A stretch of DNA of 62,994 nucleotides, counting the filler, from Globobulimina sp. (Eukaryota), in NCBI GenBank assembly GCA_003354225.1. It is 43 parts of 43 records of this genome, joined end to end, with 100 filler letters (N's around TTAATTAATTAA, not from the genome) between each part and the next. Parts side by side here need not be neighbours in the genome. Positions count along the whole stretch, not along the records: positions 60,162 to 61,528 come from PIVH01017868.1; positions 61,629 to 62,994 come from PIVH01017869.1; 41 more parts are not named here. The stretch is one strand, 5' to 3'. The translations under genes and the position numbers were made by a program. The number at the start of each line of letters is the position of its first letter. Position 1 is the first letter of the stretch. Shown here one piece after another: positions 60,163 through 62,994 of this stretch. The notes below the pieces were generated by a model. It made no database searches. It was not told the DNA's origin and saw nothing but the letters and a program-made list of their open reading frames with translations.

Positions 60163-60293
60163 GTGCATCGCAGAGAATTATTAAAAAATGCCTTCAAACA
60201 TAAAAAGTGCTATTTTGAAACTACGAAAATGATCTCAAACATCAGCGACACGGCGGGAATAATGAGGTCTTTGGATGAGGCATTACAACATCA
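60163..60293 (+). CDS. LIG4: DNA ligase IV adenylation-domain fragment
   Basis: RRELLKNAF...IMRSLDEAL precedes motif IV in ATP-dependent ligases. Confidence 0.65.
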
Positions 60294-60433
60294 CCACCGT
60301 TTCTTCGCCGGCCTTCACCAAAATATCCGCCGACGATCAATAAATCCAAAGAAGACACCATATTCTCCACATAATCCGGCTTCAATTTGATCCATTCATC
60401 GCCGCGTTTGTTGCATTCATAGATTGAGTTCAC
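60294..60433 (-). CDS. LIG4: DNA ligase IV motif V / OB-fold start, inverted relative to the upstream fragment
   Basis: SIYECNKRGDEWIKLKPDYVENMVSSLDLLIVGGYFGEGRR. Confidence 0.85.
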
Positions 60434-60603
60434 ACTTTCTTTGCGATGTCGAACAAATCCATTTATATTTCTGCAGATTTACCTACTGAATTTTATACTT
60501 TTTGCAAAGTGAGCTTCGGAAATAACATAAAATACAAAATAATATGAAAAATAATATCAAAATAATATGAAAAATTGTCAAAATAAATTAATTTCGCAAA
60601 CAT

Positions 60604-61245
60604 TTATGCCGACAAAATATCTAAAACAAACATGACATCCACACGCATCATATCATCGTCTCCACCCATTTGTTGTGTCATTGCAACACCGTTACCATCC
60701 TCATTATTGCCATCGTCCATTGGTTGTGGCATTCCTCCATCGCCAACTTCAGACTCAATATCCTTACCATCCTCATTATCGACATTATCCATTTGCATTC
60801 CATCGCTTACTCCTTCCTCATCGGCTAAAAAATCTTCAATTCGCGCAGCTGCAAACCATAGTAAACCGGCCATTATTCGCATGGTTGTTTCGGACGGGAC
60901 ATGTGAACTTAATATCACCTCAGAGAAACAATGAACTGCGTCATTTCTATGTTGATAGCAGGCAAAAGTGCTATTTCGGCGTGGATAACGATTACTGATA
61001 AGAAATGACAATGTCTTTCGTTGAATTATAGGCAACGACGTGTCCCTGTAAGTATATCTACTTGAAAAAGGACCGCCAGGTATATAGGTACGATGATTTA
61101 TTAATAATCGCCAAACATCATTTTGGACCACCTCGGGATGTGTGTTGGTGTTGATGGTGCATTTTACATTCAGCAATTCACCGATGTATGTTGGTGTTGT
61201 TGACAATTCTGTAATTTTTGAATCGATAAATTCCTGGCGGTCCAT
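60604..61245 (-). CDS. Hypothetical protein with an acidic C-terminus
   Basis: 213-aa ORF with ATG and stop. Confidence 0.5.
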   Translation of the reverse strand: MDRQEFIDSKITELSTTPTYIGELLNVKCTINTNTHPEVVQNDVWRLLINHRTYIPGGPFSSRYTYRDTSLPIIQRKTLSFLISNRYPRRNSTFACYQHRNDAVHCFSEVILSSHVPSETTMRIMAGLLWFAAARIEDFLADEEGVSDGMQMDNVDNEDGKDIESEVGDGGMPQPMDDGNNEDGNGVAMTQQMGGDDDMMRVDVMFVLDILSA

Positions 61246-61629
61246 CGTCGCGGGCTCAATGCAGTTCTTTTAATGCGTTAAGACGTAATTCAGTTTAGAC
61301 TAGTGACTAAAGTAAAAAAACTGCTGATATTCTTTGCTTGTTTGCATATCTTTTTTTCCCATATCATTGATATCAAGCAATAATTAAGAATACCTTTTAT
61401 ACTCAACAACTTCATCAATTATAATGTCATTATCATACACTTTGAGTATAATTTCATCCTTTTCATCCACTGTATCATTATTTGCTGTATACTCCACTGT
61501 CTGTTTTAAAATAGCATCAATACTCATANNNNNNNNNNNNNNNNNNNNNNNNNNNNNNNNNNNNNNNNNNNNTTAATTAATTAANNNNNNNNNNNNNNNN
61601 NNNNNNNNNNNNNNNNNNNNNNNNNNNNG

Positions 61630-62994
61630 GACTATAACAATATTGATACAAATACATTTCATAAAAAAACAAATAAACATCAAATAATTGATTATTTGTA
61701 TCCAATCACGGCATTAACTGTCACCAATTCAAACTATAAAAAACCAAAACAGTCAATCGATACTAAAGAATTAAATACATTAATTATATCAGGTGATTGT
61801 AAGGGATATGTAATGTGTTGGAACCCAATCACAAATAATCGAATACGGAAACGGATGCAGGATACAATGGTTATGGCATTAGAAACATGTCCGGATAAAT
61901 CAGACGCCGTTGCTATTGGTTATAGATCTGGAACAGTATTATTATTACAAATAAATGAATTTGAAATTAATGAATTATGCAGATTTAGTGGCCATGATTC
62001 CGATATTCAATCAATAAGTTGGTGCCACAAACAATTATTAGAATTAAAAGCAAATGTTTCTGATGACATAGAAACATCCGAAAATAATCAAAGTATTGTT
62101 GATTATTTGCCAAATGTATTTGCAACAACAGCAAGAGATAAATATGTGCGATTTTGGAATTGTTTAAGTGGAGAATGTTTATTAGAGATTCAAATCGAAG
62201 CGAAAAGAGACGCAAAACAAAATGCAAAACAAAGAAATTGGTATAGTTTATTGTGGTCAATGCCGTTTAAAATATTTATTACTGATTCAAATGGTAAAAT
62301 ATGGTCCATTAATTTGAAGGAACTTAATATTGATAACATGACAACGATTTGTTTAAATAAAAAAAATGATAAACGATTATCAAAGGATGTACTAAGAAGA
62401 TTTGAAGAGGGTCACTCCCGCTGTATCTTTAGTATAATTGGCATAAAAAATAGAAGTCATTGCATATTGAGCGTATCATTGGATAGAAATATTATTTGTT
62501 GGGATATAAATACATTAAAAGCATTGTGGATAATGCGTTGTTTAGGTGGCTATGGGTACGATTTGGATATTGCTCCATGGAATACATCATTACTTGCTGT
62601 CGGTGTTGGTGATAAAATGATACGTATTTGGACTGTGCCTGATGTACCTGACCAACAACAAGAAAATAAAAACAATGATGATGCAGATGCGGATAGATAT
62701 GTATTAAATCCATTATATAATCTAAATATAAATACATTGCAAAAAGATAGAAAAAGTAAATATCGACATAACAAGAGGCAGGAACTAATTAAAACGGATC
62801 CATATCGGGTTAAAACAATTTGGAGAGGCTTAAAAGATAAAATAACAGCAATTAAATGGCATCCAAGAGACAAAGGATGGTTGGGATATGGAACAGATAA
62901 AGGATGTGTTGGCTGTTTGGATATTAATTCTGACTCAAAACATAAACATGTTCACTTATTAACCTATCAGCAAAGTAATATAGTACAGGTTGGC
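61630..62994 (+). CDS. GEMIN5: Gemin5-like WD40 protein, partial at both ends; missed by the ORF track
   Basis: Manual translation: GHDSDIQSISW, SVSLDRNIICWD, LGGYGYDLDIAP, LAVGVGDKMIRIW, WRGLKDKITAIKWHP, LGYGTDKG. Confidence 0.85.

Noticed and set aside
1369-61628. Regularly spaced TTAATTAATTAA repeats as a CRISPR-like or telomeric array
   Set aside because: Artificial scaffolding linker embedded in N runs; ORFs ending in X...LIN are artefacts of it

Overview
This is not one locus. It is a concatenation of 43 unrelated contigs of about 1,367 bp, each separated by an artificial 100-nt spacer (44 N + TTAATTAATTAA + 44 N), so adjacency across spacers is meaningless. Most contigs are AT-rich eukaryotic gene fragments with 50-70 nt introns, resembling a foraminiferan/rhizarian protist (inference). 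Recognisable genes: Sec14/CRAL-TRIO, TRP channel, BRCA2, MsrA, CCT4, HSP70, INTS3, RdRP, desaturase, formin, LIG4, Gemin5, a GH18 chitinase and ART-fold proteins. Mobile elements include two Penelope-like RTs, a LINE, a CRE-like RLE element, Gypsy, Copia, a hAT element, MITEs and tRNA-derived relics. There is also one bacterial LOG fragment and one probable asfarvirus-like gene. Several abrupt junctions and inversions look like whole-genome-amplification chimeras. The most notable signals are: (1) recurrent GTT 5' splice donors across unrelated host genes; (2) a Penelope-like element with no C-terminal endonuclease whose 3' UTR carries three covarying TTACT-stem-AGYGGT hairpins and a 98-nt duplication; (3) the giant-virus-like contig; (4) an SGNH ORF with a structured trailer; (5) a possible in-frame UGA in a UxxC context. 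All protein assignments come from motif recognition, not database searches.
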